A stretch of 64,000 bases of DNA from Macrostomum lignano. Lineage: Eukaryota. The translations under genes were made by a program, and so were the position numbers. Of this stretch, positions 41,068 through 54,300 are shown one piece after another. The stretch's first letter is position 1. Each line of letters starts with the position of its first letter. A model generated the notes under the pieces. It was not told the DNA's origin, searched no databases, and worked only from the letters and a program-made list of their open reading frames with translations. The stretch is from contig NIVC01003113.1 in assembly GCA_002269645.1 (NCBI GenBank), positions 1-64,000 on the forward strand, in the 5' to 3' direction.

Positions 41068-41228
41068 TGAGTAGTAGTAGTAGTAGTTATAGTAGCAGTA
41101 GTAGAAAAAGTAGTAGTAGTAATGGTAGTAGTAGTAGCAGCAGTATTAGTAGCAGCAGCAGTAGTAGTAGCAGTAGTAGCAGTATTAGTACCGGTAGTAG
41201 CAGTAGTAGCAGTAGTAGTAGTAGTAGT
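41068..41228. repeat. (AGT/AGC)n trinucleotide repeat
   Basis: Read directly. Confidence 0.9.
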
Positions 41229-41801
41229 GTAATTTTAAATTATGCTTGATAAATTCTAGAAATTTAAGACAAGTTGCAGGCGCAAAGGACGCTACTTGCA
41301 GTAGAAACAACCCCCTACGAGCGTACATGTAATTCTTTTCCGCTAAGCAATTTAACCTACAGAACATTACTGATTAATGAACTAAGAAAATAGGTACAAA
41401 CAAGTACTTACATTGTAATAAGTACTTTTATTAAACATAATCCTTCAGTTCCCGAAGTATCTTTGCCGAATTATCGAGTCAAAATTCCGATAAAATAATA
41501 TTAAGGATAACAGCGAATAAAATATTTATTGTCAAACCGATTTAACGGAAAAAAATCGTTCTGCATTAACAAATCAAAAGTTAATACTATTCTTTATATT
41601 ATTATCATTATTTTTTATTATCAATACGCTAAAAATTAAAAGCAAGAACATTTCACTAAAAAAACATTGCAAAAGCTTTTCCTCAGTTAAACTAAAAAGT
41701 CGAAATCAACAGCTCTCCAAGTACATTTTCTAGCATCCCTGATAAGCAGTAGACAAGTGCGAAAGATTCGAACCACAGATTCTAAAATAAATAGATGAGC
41801 A

Positions 41802-42223
41802 CTCAGGCATATATACTTTAAAAAACAGCATTCTACTTTCAGTTCAGTAGCAAAGAAGAATACATAAGCTATTTTATAAAAATAAAGGCAGCTGAAATTA
41901 CTTTGATAAGTTTAGAAGCCCAAGCTTGCAGGCGTAAACAGCTTGCTAATTGGTTCAGCAATAATGTACATTAGCCAGTCCACTGAAATGTACATGGCAG
42001 CTTTAGGCTGGAATTCCGAGAAAGGCAATAAAAATTGGGTTGGGGCGGGGGGGTAGTGTGGAAAGGAGCTGGTTGGAGGGTTTAAGCTGGGAGGGGTGAG
42101 AGTTAATAAGTGAGCATTGGCTTGAAAAATAAATTAAAATGCCTCTGTTCAACTTACTACTGAACAGAAAGTAGCTTACATGCAAATGTGCTAAGTGGCC
42201 CATCTAGTTATTCTAGCATCTGT
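41802..42223 (+). mobile_element. ~410-bp dispersed repeat, copy C
   Basis: High similarity to 14493-14898 along its full length. Confidence 0.82.
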
Positions 42224-42367
42224 GATACGGACTGATCATGAAGCTAACTCCGACGAATCAACCGCAATCTCCGATATTTTGGCAAGAAGAATCCAATTTT
42301 GCTTTGCAAAAGACAAGAAATTGGAAGCAAAATTCAAATAGAGAAGGCAAAAAAGGTAGAGTCCACA

Positions 42368-45300
42368 TTAGGCTGCGAGCTCAGGAGATGAGTATTTTTC
42401 TGATTCCTGCTCAGCAGACTCAGATTCAGCTGGGGAATCGAGAACAGATGTGCGCCACTCCTGCTGCTGTTGCTGCTTTTGCAACTCATTCAAATGTTGC
42501 AAATCCTGGCATTTGGTTATGCTGCGAACAGAAAAAGGCGCGGGCAAGTTAAAATAATTGAAAACAGAAAACATTTAAAAAGAGAACTGCTAAGCCACCC
42601 GTGAAATAGACTACTCCAGGAACACGATCATACAGGGTGCACAGCGGACCGGACTTTCTCATCCTAGAACATAGAACTTGGAATCGCACGACAAACCGCC
42701 TTGCCTTGGCCAATTTTCGTGCACAAACCCGCGCACGGAAAGGTTAACTATCAGATATGGTGCAAGAGTCAGACGGCGTGCACCCCGCTGAGCTGCTCTG
42801 CCACCGCAAGATACACTATTTAACTACGAGTACGTGATTGGGAAAACAATAGTGCCACCAGAGACAGCACAGCAGCTGCAATCTCGGACCAGGTGCATTG
42901 GACAGCTTAGTGAGTTCAATAATTCAGTAAGTTCAGCTTTTCAAATAGCCCAAACCGGCACTTGATTTAGAAAACGCACAGAATGGAGTATTTTTACTGT
43001 CAATCAGACCACCGACAGGCGCAATTTTTTTATCCCAGGAGCGCTTGGATCGATTGAGTTGGAAGGAGAAAAGCGGTATGTAAATGCCATTAGTCTGGGC
43101 TCTTCCGGTTGCAAGGATAATGCTTTAAAAATGGAAAAACTCAATGCACCGCGTTTGCATGCTATCGTTTGAGCAAATCCTAGTAAAAGTTTTCTAGCAG
43201 AAAAAACCGCTTCACCCACTCTACCAGCAGCTGCCTACCTTAGTTCACTCCCCCGACCAACAAGAGGCGAAAGGCTAGTAAAACGGATCAAAACACAATG
43301 AAAAAACAGCACAGCGCAACTCACCGATTCAGATAGACTTGCGTCACAAACGCAATAAACATAAAACCAGTGCAGCACTTGAAGATTAGAGCGAGCGGGA
43401 AGTTCTGGGTCAATATGACCACAACAATCAGATTGAGCGGTACGCGAAAAAAGTTCATGACTGTGGCTCGGGCTAAAAGAAAAAAAGAGAAATAAAAGTA
43501 GGGTGAGAATAAGAGTGGGTGGCTGTTTTACAGAGCGGGAGTGGGGTGGCTGTTTTATATAGCGGGAGTGGGGTGGCTGTTTTATATATCGGGAGTGGGG
43601 TGGCTGTTTTAAAGGGGCGAGAGTTGGGTGGTTGTTTAAAAGGAGTGAGAGTGGGGTGGTTGTTTTAAAGAGCGAGAGTGGGTTGGTTGTTTTAAAGAGC
43701 GAGAGTGTGGTGGCTATTTTAAAGAGCGAGAGTGGGTGGTGGTTGTTTTTAAGAGCGAGAGTAGGGTGGCTATTTTAAAGAGCGAGAGTGGGTGGTGGTT
43801 TTTTTAAAGAGAGTGGGGTGGCTGTTTTAAAGGGGCGGGAGTAAGGTGGCTGTTTTATAGAGCGGGAGTGGCGTGGCTGTTTTATATAGCGGGAGTGGGG
43901 TGGCTGTTTTATATAGCGGGAGTGGGGTGGCTGTTTTATATAGCGAGAGTGGGGTGGTTGTTTAAAAGGAGTGAGAGTGGGGTGGTTGTTTTAAAGAGCG
44001 AGTGGGTGGTGGTTGTTTTAAAGAGCGAGAGTGGGGTGGCTGTTTTAAAGGGGCGAGAGTAGGGTGGTTGTTTAAAAGGAGTTAGAGTGGGTGGTTGTTT
44101 TAAAGAGCGTGAGTGGGGTGGCTGTTTTAAAGAGCGGGAGTGGGATAGTTGTTGTAAAGAGGCGAGAGTGGGGTGGTTGTTTAAAAGGAGTGAGTGGGGT
44201 GGTTGTTTTAAAGAGCGAGAGTGGGGTGGTTGTTTAAAAGGAGTGAGTGGGGTGGTTGTTTTAAAGAGCGAGAGTGGGGTGGTTGTTTAAAAGGAGTGAG
44301 TGGGGTGGCTGTTTAAAAGGAGTGAGTGGGGTGGTTGTTTTAAAGAGCGAGAGTAGGGTGGTTGTTTAAAAGGAGTGAGTGGGGTGGTTGTTTTATATAG
44401 CGGGAGTGGGTGGTTGTTTTGAATAGCGGGAGTGGGTGGTTGTTTTGAATAGCGGGAGTGGGGTGGTTGTTTTGAATAGCGGGAGTAGGTGGTTGTTTTA
44501 AAGGGGCGAGAGTGGGGTGGCTGTTTCAAAGGGGTGGCAGTGGGCTCGCAATCAGCGAAGGTGCAAGCATTCATGCCTATTCCGCTGACCTCTGAGTAGA
44601 CTCACACAGGGTGTACAGCAGCCCTGACTTTCTAATCGTCAGGCTTGTTCACTCTCTGTGCCTTGGGGGTTGGCCCCCATGGGCGGGAATCGCACGACAA
44701 GCCATCAAGCTAATTTTCGTGCATCTCCGAATGAATGGGACCGTGCATGGAATCGAACCAGTGTTGCTATACCCCTGGGCTGTCCCTCCTCCTATACTCT
44801 TATGCACTACCGAGTTAGAAAATTTGAATTTTATGCATATAAATGTTTCTTGTTTTCTTATTTTTTTCATCATGGCGTGACTGCTTGTTCCACGTAGCAA
44901 TAGCAGCAGAGTCTGAAAGTTCAAAGCTATGAAAATGTCGCATTAAAACGCAATAGCAAGATAAGAATTTATCTGCTTTTACATAGCCATAGAAACTGGG
45001 CGAGTTCTTCACTAATTAAGGCTTAGAGAGAAAAATCTATCAGATAAGCTGGAATGCGTTTGAGCTGACATTTTCTGGCCAGAAAGATTTCTTGGATTAA
45101 CGCCAATTACGCCATATACAGCAGCGGCAAACGTGTCTGACCATTGCCCCACGACCTTTGGTTCGATGTGCACGAAAATTAACCTGAGGGCTTGTCGTGT
45201 CATTCACACCGCGCCTGTATTGTGCTCAGGAGTCAGCAGAATGGGCAGAATTGCCTCAGTGCTGGTTGCGGGGACGATATCGTCGAAGGCTTTGCGTTTC

Positions 45301-47779
45301 CTTGCTTGCGTAGCCGCCTGCTTATCCGGAATTCCGGAGTTTGGGAGCTGAGAATTGAGTGCTAAAAAAGCTGAAAACACTCCGAGCCCCCGGCTCACTA
45401 GCATCCGGCACGTAGCGGCCCCGCATGGTGCCAATGGCCGGCCAGAACAGTCCAATGCAGGCCTCGAACGCCAAGAAGCCGCCGAAGGTGGCCGGGATCA
45501 GGGCGTCGGTTTTCTTCCAAGCCGGCAATGCGAAGCACAGAGCGCTGACGGCGAACACCCAGCGCATGAAGCTCTCGGGCCTGGCCTGGGCTGAGCACAG
45601 GCTGTAGAGCTGACTGCCGATCATCATGCTCACCATGTAGGCCGCGAAGATGTAGCCGTGCGGGATCCTGCCAGCATGGCCGGCCGCTACGGAGGGCACT
45701 GCGGAGGGTTTAGAGCTTCTCTTTGTAGCTGAACTTATTTGTGGCGCTGCCTGAACTTTCTTGTAGCACTGCCCGAATTTTCATGCGGCTCTACCTGAGA
45801 TTCTTTGCAGCAACTACCTGAGATTCTTTGCAGCAACTACCTGAGATTCTTTGCAGCAACTACATGAGATTCTTTGCAGCAACTACCTGAGATTCTTTGC
45901 AGCAACTACCTGAGATTCTTTGCAGCAACTACCTGAGATTCTTTGCAGCAACTACCTGAGATTCTTTGCAGCAACTACCTGAGATTCTTTGCAGCAACTA
46001 CCTGAGATTCTTTGCAGCACCTGCCGCAATTCTTTGCAGTAATACCTGAACTTCTCTGCATAACTAGCTGAACTTTGTTAAACTACATGGGATTTTGGCA
46101 GCTCTGTCTGAGCTTATTTTTAGCACCAACCGAACACGACACGGCATCGCAGCCGCAACTCACTGAGCTTCTCTGGAGTCAAGGCCGGGGTCCACTCCAG
46201 CACAAAGCAGTACATGCTGCCCTCGAACATGGCCTGAGTGATGCCCAAGCTGAGCACTTTGCGGTCAGTGCGCACCGCATTCCATGCAGCAGCGAAGTTG
46301 GCCCCGAGTTGAGCACCGGAGTCGCCATAATTCTCTGGCCAGCGCAGCCAGGCGATGGCAGCCATGGCCAGCAGCACCAGCAGGGCGCAGTCGAAGGGGC
46401 AACGAAGCCGAACCAGTCCACGGCGTACTGGGACACCAAACCGCTGGCTATGGCGCCAATGCTGTTGAAGAAGATTGCCAGATTAAATGTCTCCTCTAAT
46501 TGGTGCTCGCTGTAGCCTCTGCTATGATGCTCGTGAACTAGCCAGGACTCGAACCCGCTCCACAGTATACTAGTTGCTGTGCCACCTAGCAACCGGCCAA
46601 TCAGCAGCACCCAGAAGTTATTGAAGTGTTTAGTAATGCAGGTCAGGCCATAGACGATGCCATAGATGATGCAGTTTTTCCGACGGCCATACTTGTCAGC
46701 GATGGAGCCGACTATGGTGCCAAACAGCATGCTGGCACCAAATCCGGCCACAAATAGGAACTCAATATCTCGCTTGGACATGCCATAGTGCTCATAAAGT
46801 GCATATACATATGGACCCTGTAGCCAGTCTCCAGCTGTGTGGGGATATTGAAGAATAATTCTTTTAATAAATTATAAGTCTGCTAAGCTTTCTATAAAAT
46901 TGCTTTGTCAAAGCAGCAATGGTTCTTTTAACTAAAAGGTATTTTGGCCATAAACCAGTTTGACCTAAGATTATGTAGCTGTAAATATAAATTAAAATTA
47001 AGACTTGAATTATAAACTAATATAACTTATAGGTTAAATAAAAAAATTTATACATGTATCTAAATATTGCTAGGGGTTAGCAGAATATTTGTTGACACCT
47101 CTCTGCTTGTATCTAGATGCCTAGAGCCTCTAGCTAAGTCAAGAACTATGCTTGAATTTAAAGATTTGCTAAAAATAATTTAAAGATTCCCCATTTATAC
47201 AAACTATTTTTTAATCTATAATTTAATTTAACAATTTGATACAATACATATATACTTAAGTCTAATAATTCACCCAAAAGCATATAAGCTACTTTACAAA
47301 TGTATGAAAAAGATACACACAATTTAAGAAAAGCATTTATAAGCATATGATATTGCAATTGATATCCTATGGACTAGGTTAACAGAAATTAACTTTAATA
47401 TTTAAACTAGTTACCCAGCAAGGCTTTTGCATGATTATACATTTATATATTCTTAAATTGACTAGAGTAGCTTACAATCATAAAATAAAATTGACCTAAT
47501 ATAAATAATATAATTAGTATACTAGTTTAGCAAATATTTTATAAGTCACTACTCTCTCTAGTCAATGCTGCAGTATCAAGACTCATGAAGCAAAAAAATT
47601 AAAATGCTGAAACTATACTTACCCATTCCAAGAGTATAAACAATAAGATATGAATTTCGAAATGAAACGAATTCTGCATCATTACTGCCTTCTGGTGGAG
47701 TGTTTGTTTTGCGTGTAAATATATATAGCCCAAAACATACTAAACATAAAAAATAGAAAGAGAAAATAAACAGCGACAT
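42368..47779 (-). CDS. MFSD5: Molybdate-anion transporter MFSD5, ~476 aa; complement(join(42368..42521,43325..43472,45399..45698,46164..46834,47623..47779)) with a 1-bp deletion near 46394-46399
   Basis: Motifs FRNSYLIVYTLGM|AGDWLQGPYVYALY, LFVAGFG, GRLLGG, FESW, QAMFEGSMY, WTPAL, FEACIGLFWPAIG, RATVMNFFRVPLN. All introns are GT-AG with matching phases; the exons sum to 1430 nt, and one extra base gives 477 codons. Confidence 0.92.
43515..44530. repeat. ~27-bp G-rich minisatellite (GAGTGGGGTGGCTGTTTTAAAGAGCGG)n in MFSD5 intron 3
   Basis: Read directly; degenerate units. Confidence 0.92.
44687..45205. mobile_element. ~520-bp MITE with ~38-bp imperfect TIRs
   Basis: GAATCGCACGACAAGCCATCAAGCTAATTTTCGTGCA pairs with 45168-45205; a related solo end sits at 42681-42725. 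Confidence 0.65.
45792..46025. repeat. 23-bp minisatellite (ACCTGAGATTCTTTGCAGCAACT)n in MFSD5 intron 2
   Basis: About 10 copies. Confidence 0.95.
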
Positions 47780-50700
47780 TTTATAAAAGTTCAGTCAATG
47801 ATAAACTGCAAATAACATAAAAGTCGTTACTAATTTAACACTAGCCACCATTAGCAGATTCGTTTGTCAATTGTCATTGTCACGTTTGGGCACACAGGCC
47901 TACTGGCCAGAGGCCTAGTCATACATGCATTACCACTAGGCACTAGCACTAGTGGTATAAAAAATTTTATCAGCAAGACCTGAAAAAATTTCTGTGACTT
48001 GCCTTTATCTCCGCAAATCAGTAAAAAAAGACAGGCTAAATATATAAAATTTATGACTAATGACTATGACTAATGACTAATGCCACAATGTGTTGACAGA
48101 GCTGTCAGAAAGTCAATAAATTGTTCACATGTTACAAATTGAATCTCAGCGAACTGTACTCTTATACAATTCTTTCTATGAAGTACAAAGTGTAAAACAA
48201 ATAATACGGTCATTTTTAGTAGTGTTCTTCGAAAGTAAAAATCATAATTTTTATATACTTTTTTAGCTTTAAAACACGAATCCCAGAGTAGTAGTAAAGT
48301 TAATCGTGTACTATAGTAACGAGTAACGAGTTGAGCACCGGAGTACCAAAACATAAAGTTTACAGTGCATATTATTCTATTTTGTTGACTTAAATATTTG
48401 AACACAGTGATTTCTGAATGAGCCACACTTCTTATTTTTATTCGTCCTGTAGCCATTTCTAACACCGCTCGCATGCAGCCAAATGATTTATACATGCACA
48501 CTGGTATATATTGTAATAATCTGTTAGCTGTTTAATTGATATAAGTTTTGAGCTGTTGGAGCTTTTGCTTATAGCGCTCCTGAGCGAGTATAATTCTTGT
48601 TGTAAATATGTGCATGCACAAGCCCCAAAGCTCTGAGCTTACTTTGCAGCGTACAGTGATGTATATGGTTGATATGGGAATTGGCAACGAAAGGGAATTA
48701 GAAAAGTACGACAATCAAGCTTACAAAAACTGCATGCTACAAATCAATTGGGCAAATTCAATAGTCATGTACATTGTATATATTGACTAAATGCTATAAC
48801 ATGTATGTTGCAGCAGTTTATTTTGAGCGGAAAGAAATTTTACGTGTATAGCCCGCATAAAAAAGATAACATGTTTGATGAAAAACCTCTAGAATATATA
48901 TGTACGAGTACATTGTACATGCATGTAGATCAGATAAAATCTTAGAAAACCATGTAAATTTGCAAGTTCAAATATTATTATATGTAGCCAGAATTGGCAG
49001 CTGTTTTTTTTAAAGAATTCCATTGAATTTTACGATCACTAAGGGGACTAGTGAAGCGCAAGTCGTCGACTTGCATGTACGTACTGTACGTACGTACGTA
49101 CATGTAATTCGTTCTTTGCACATTCTTAATGTATTCTTTATCCCTTGTGCACAAAAATCCGTGTTGTTCGGTCTCGTTTAATATATATAGCGCTACTACG
49201 AAACTCAAGGAATCATGGCACATGGCTAAATGGCCAAGGCACATGGTTAAGTGCTCAGAATCATTGCTTACTCAGCAACATTAAAAATACAAATGCCAAT
49301 CAAGTCATTTTAGCATTGATTTCTTGAGGTTGTGACGCTATCTTTTTTGATCATATAATCTTAATTCTGCCTGTCTATTCAGAAAACTACATTACACGGC
49401 AAAAAATGAAAAATGATTAAAAACCGGCTTTGATACAAGCATTTCTCGAATGAAATGCAGCCCTCCCCTCTGCGCTAGTACAAGTATAGCGATCGGTTCA
49501 AATTCTTTATAGCTTAAGTTTCTCCGCTTCTCTTACTAGATCCACTTCGATCTTAACTCCAAAACTTGAGCAGTCCGCCCGCTCTCTATAAAAATCCATG
49601 CTCAACCCATATATTGGCAAAGCGGTGGAGAATGGGGAGAAAGTTTTATTCTAAAAAACTGAAAGAGAAAGCCAAGGCAGACACGCGCAAACAAGTGCCA
49701 GATGTAACTTTTAGTGAGCGTTTTAGAGTCAAACCTGTGACTCAGAAAATTCCTAGGATAGTTGAATAGAGTGGCGGTTGAGAGAGCTGGAGGCCAGGAA
49801 GTGGGGAAGAATTCCCCCCCCCCTAACTAAAGCATAGCGAAACGCATTTCCGAATTCCAGCCCTCGACAAGGGTTCCTAGAAGGGGAGCACTGGCATAGT
49901 TAATAATCCTCAACAGTCAGTGCGAACCTCTTGTATTTGATCAGTGCTCACAACACAGCGCGCAGAAAAGCTGCGCAAACTTAAAAAACCGATTGGCGGG
50001 AGGGTAAATATATAAAAACGCTGCGAAGATTAGAGTCAGAGAAAGCCGTGTACACAGCCTTGCATGCATATGGGGAAATTTCTGGGGTAGTAGCAATTGG
50101 GACAGAAGTTAGCCCCCCCCCCCCCGACTCTAACTACAAACTTCACTTACTTGCAATAGCACTGGCCAATAAGTCAGAAATTGGTGCTAAAGGGGCTGCA
50201 AGGGGGGGGGGGCAGGGATCGCGGCAGAGGGCGGGGGTGGGTCCCACTGTAGGAACAGGTGACGGTCAGCCGCTTGAGAACGGGGATTAAAATGCTTGGT
50301 CGGAACCGGCTCTGACAATCAGCGAGCGAAGGCAAACCATTCCCAGTCACCCTGTCTGCGTCTAGAAAACCGCGACAAACGGCACACTGAAGCAACAGCT
50401 TAAGCAGGTAAGTTTGGCAATGAGCTCGAAAATTTACCTGAGTAGCAGAACTCTGCACTGATTTCATGACTAACGGCTACAGTTAGTGTTAATTGCGTAT
50501 TCGTTGTCAGTGAAATCAGCTGCAAGGCTCTGCAAGCGACACTGATGGGTGTACATAATTAATATTGTCAATTTCTAATGTGAAAAATACACACAGTTGT
50601 AATTAGTAAGCTAAAAATAGCCGTAGTGTTATTTTTATTCAGAATCAAGTCCGGATTCTTAAGATTTATTTATTTTATTTTGCAAGCAGACAGCAACTGA

Positions 50701-50984
50701 TCTAAATATGCGTGTATAAAAATGCGATACTATTCTACTGCAAGTAGCTAAACGCCTTAACATATCAGCGAAAGTTGAGCAGTAAAAAAGTCAACTGAAA
50801 ACTAACACATCAGTAGGGAATTGAAACCGACACTAATTGCAGCTTTAGCAATACAGTAAGAGGTGTACTTAGATTGGCTTCTGGGATGCACAGTAATCCG
50901 TCACTGTTATGAAAATATACATCCACATGCACGAACCATCCAGTTAGCCTATCAAGTATTAATATGGCAGACTGACCGCAAACT

Positions 50985-51215
50985 GCCATCTGTCAGCTAC
51001 TAAACTGTAATCTTTCAGTAACTAAACTGTAATCTGTCAGTAACTAAACTGTAATCTTTCAGTAACTAAACTGTAATCTGTCAGTAGCTAAACTGTAATC
51101 TGTCAGTAGCTAAACTGTAATCTGCCAGTAACTAAACTGTAATCTGTCAGCCATAAAACTGCAATCTGTCAGCCATAAAACTGCAATCTGTCAGCTACTA
51201 TAAACAGTCTGACAG
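50985..51215. repeat. 22-bp minisatellite (AAACTGTAATCTGTCAGTAACT)n
   Basis: About 10 copies just downstream of the MRPL23 stop. Confidence 0.9.
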
Positions 51216-51320
51216 CAACTTCCCAGCAGTAGTCTCATAGCAAAGACGCTGCAATGATAAGAAAGCAATTCACAATAATTTCAATAACAATAATGCACTA
51301 ATAGCAACAGCACAGACTCC

Positions 51321-54300
51321 TCAGTCATCCTTGTCGCCAGCCTCACTAGCCCGCCGAGTTGCCCGCTCCAGCTCGGCAATCAGCGCCATACTCCGCTTCT
51401 CCCTGTGCTCGTCAGTCCCATCGCTGACGTCATCCTCCGAGTCCCGGCTGGCCATCAGCTTCCTGAACTCATCACTGCCAGACGGCCGGCGTTTCTCAAA
51501 CAGATCGGGGAACTGAAAGTCGCGGTACTCTTCGGCTAAAAATACATAGGCAACCTTTCTATAGAGATCTAACGGCTGCGGCTTCATGGTGTACGGACTG
51601 AACACCATGCGGCTGGGATGCGCGTGATCCGACTCCGGGGCGCCCTCGACCGGGTGAACCTGCGCGTGCAGCAGCCGAACTCCGTACAGCTTCTCAAGCA
51701 TCTGGCGCACCTCATCAGCTGACATTTGCGGTTGAACTTCGAATTTGAGTACGCCTGGCGGCAAAGGGAATCTGGGTCGGACTAGCTTCATCCAGTAGTT
51801 GGGCATGTACAGGCGCACCTGTTGATGGCGTCGAATTTGTTACTGAATAAGATTTTACGAAAAAATTGCTACACATACTAAAAGTAGTGATTAGCACATT
51901 TAACATTAGCACAGTTTAGTTTCAAACTTTTAAGAAGTAAATGCGGTTAATGAGAATAGAGGAGAGAGAGTTTCTTTATATGGGTCAGAGGGCGATTCTT
52001 TATGCGGGTCAGAGGGCGATTCTTTATGCGGGTCAGAGGGCGATTCTTTATGCGGGTCAGAGGGCGATTCTTTATGCGGGTCAGAGGGCGATTCTTTATG
52101 CGGGTTAGAGGGCGATTCTTTATGCGGGTCAGAGGGCGATTCTTTATGTGGGTCAGAGGGCGATTCTTTATGTGGGTCAGAGGGCGATTCTTTATGTGGG
52201 TCAGAGGGCGAATCTTTATGTGGGTCAAAGGGCGATTCTTTATGTGGGTTAGAGAGCAAATTCTTTTTTACGGACTACTTAAGTGTCGCTTATAAAAAAT
52301 TTCCCCATTATAAATCCATTAATTCAGGCGTTGTAAGTATGTAGGTGTAATGTATAATTTATTGAAAATGTTGTCAACATTCGTCAGTAGACCTTATACC
52401 TTTTTTATCTATTGACTATTGTATTCACTGTGGGCTAGAGAAAATATATTAGACAGTTTAAACTATTTTGATATATGATAAGAGACCATAGCTTGACGTA
52501 GACTTTAGGCTATATTCCAGGTTGTTTTTATAGGATACGATTTATTATGCCTATATTTTTTAACTTTGATTGATTAATACACTATGACTAGTTTTTATAT
52601 ATTATATCTCTTGATACCATAGGGCATAGACCTACAAAAATTGATAGCCTACCTATTAGATAGGCTATTCCCTACTTTGAAGCATTTTGCAAGTCATCTA
52701 ATATTACTATATCGCTACCAAGGCTGCTGGAAAGGAAGGCAATCCGCATTGGCTCTCCCGCCAATCCCAACCCCTCCCAGGGTAGAGAGGAAGATGGGAC
52801 CAAGGATGATAGAGTACATGGCTTGTCAGTCTACCCCCGCCGTGCGGCCAAAACTGGTTTGCGCTGCCGTCACTTCTATCTTACTGGCTGCTCTGAAGGC
52901 CGTGGGAGTCCCGGCGGGGAGAGCGCAAGGAGAGGGGAGGGGGAGGGAGGCGATTAATATAAGCAACGTTCATACTTTTCGAGAAGAGAAGGCCTTAAAT
53001 AAGGCGCGAGGTGGGGTAGAAGCTGTCTCAGCCAGAGTGAAGTGACGGCTATGCGACACAATTTATGAGAGGGACCATTATTTGACTCGATAACCATCTA
53101 CCTCTCGGCGAAACCAGAAAGTGAACCAGATAAGAATTACAGTACATATGCTAAGCATTATGGTTCAGGCTGGGCCGCATGTACACGAAATTGCAGTGTT
53201 GGGCACCGGTCCGTTAATAAGCGTTAAGATTTTTTTAAACTAACGGATTAACGAATATGCGTTTATAATTTTGTGAGTTAAAGGACAAATTCATCGTTAA
53301 CGTTAATGACAGTATCAAGACCAACGACTCAAAGAAAGAAAAAAAATACAAGTCTGACGAGAAGTTACAACATTACGAATGTATTCGAATTTACCTAAAT
53401 GCCTAATTAATCTCTTTGTTTATGACGATGATCATGCAGATGTAACAACTTCTTACTAATGAACTTTAATAACGAATTAAAATTGTGAACTTTATTGCTT
53501 GCGCGTGAGCATCGATCGCTTTGATTCACTTCTTTGCCAATCTTTCGTAACTTTCTGCTGCGCCTGCTAATGCTACTGAAACAACCTTCCTATTCGTATT
53601 TTATTACTAACTAATTAGCTTTCAAGTTTCAAATAAATAAGTAACTTAGTTTACCGTTTGCTTACTTTTAGTAGTATTATACTTACAAGTTTTTACTATC
53701 ATTATTATTTGTTATTTTTAGCTTGTAAATTTCTTAGATGACCTGTGTTTCACTAAAAAGATAGAAAAGCAGACAGTGCATTATGAAGTCTGCTTAGGAA
53801 AAAAGTGCAAGATTTCTGTATTTTCTGTGTTAAATTTAACGGATTAACGCTTATTAACGATTATCAGTTAAATTTCAGTTAACTTAACGAAATTAAGAGT
53901 GTAAAAGTTAAGATTTTTTTGTTTTAACGCTAACGCCTTTGCCATTAACGAAAGTTAAGATTTTCATTAACGTTGCCCAACACTGCGAAATTGCTACATT
54001 TGTGAAGAGTGAGAGAGTAGGCGAACTGCTTCTTCACGAAGGTAACTTTTTTCATACTGACAAAAAGACAAACGCCACATCTTACTACAAATACTGAAAT
54101 ACGCATTATCATTCCCGCGTCGTTGTTAGCGTCGGGTTCGGGACGTCAACTTCTGGAGCGCATGATCACCCAGCGCCAACATCTGCCAACATGAATTATT
54201 GTGACGAGATAATTGTCCATAATAAGCTGCGCGAGGCGCCAGCAAAAGAGAATAGGCGACGCTGCAGCACTGGGTGCAAATTCAAATGCACGCTTATGAA

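Noticed and set aside
46640-46660. CCATAGAC inside MFSD5 exon 2
   Set aside because: Falls within coding sequence and is consistent with chance; not counted toward the motif network.
48070-48501. 143-aa minus-strand ORF upstream of MFSD5
   Set aside because: AT-rich, no recognisable motif or splice context.
52680-53045. GC-richer 134-aa ORF region in the MRPL23 intron, possibly a retroelement fragment
   Set aside because: No diagnostic RT, endonuclease or transposase motif recognised in any frame.
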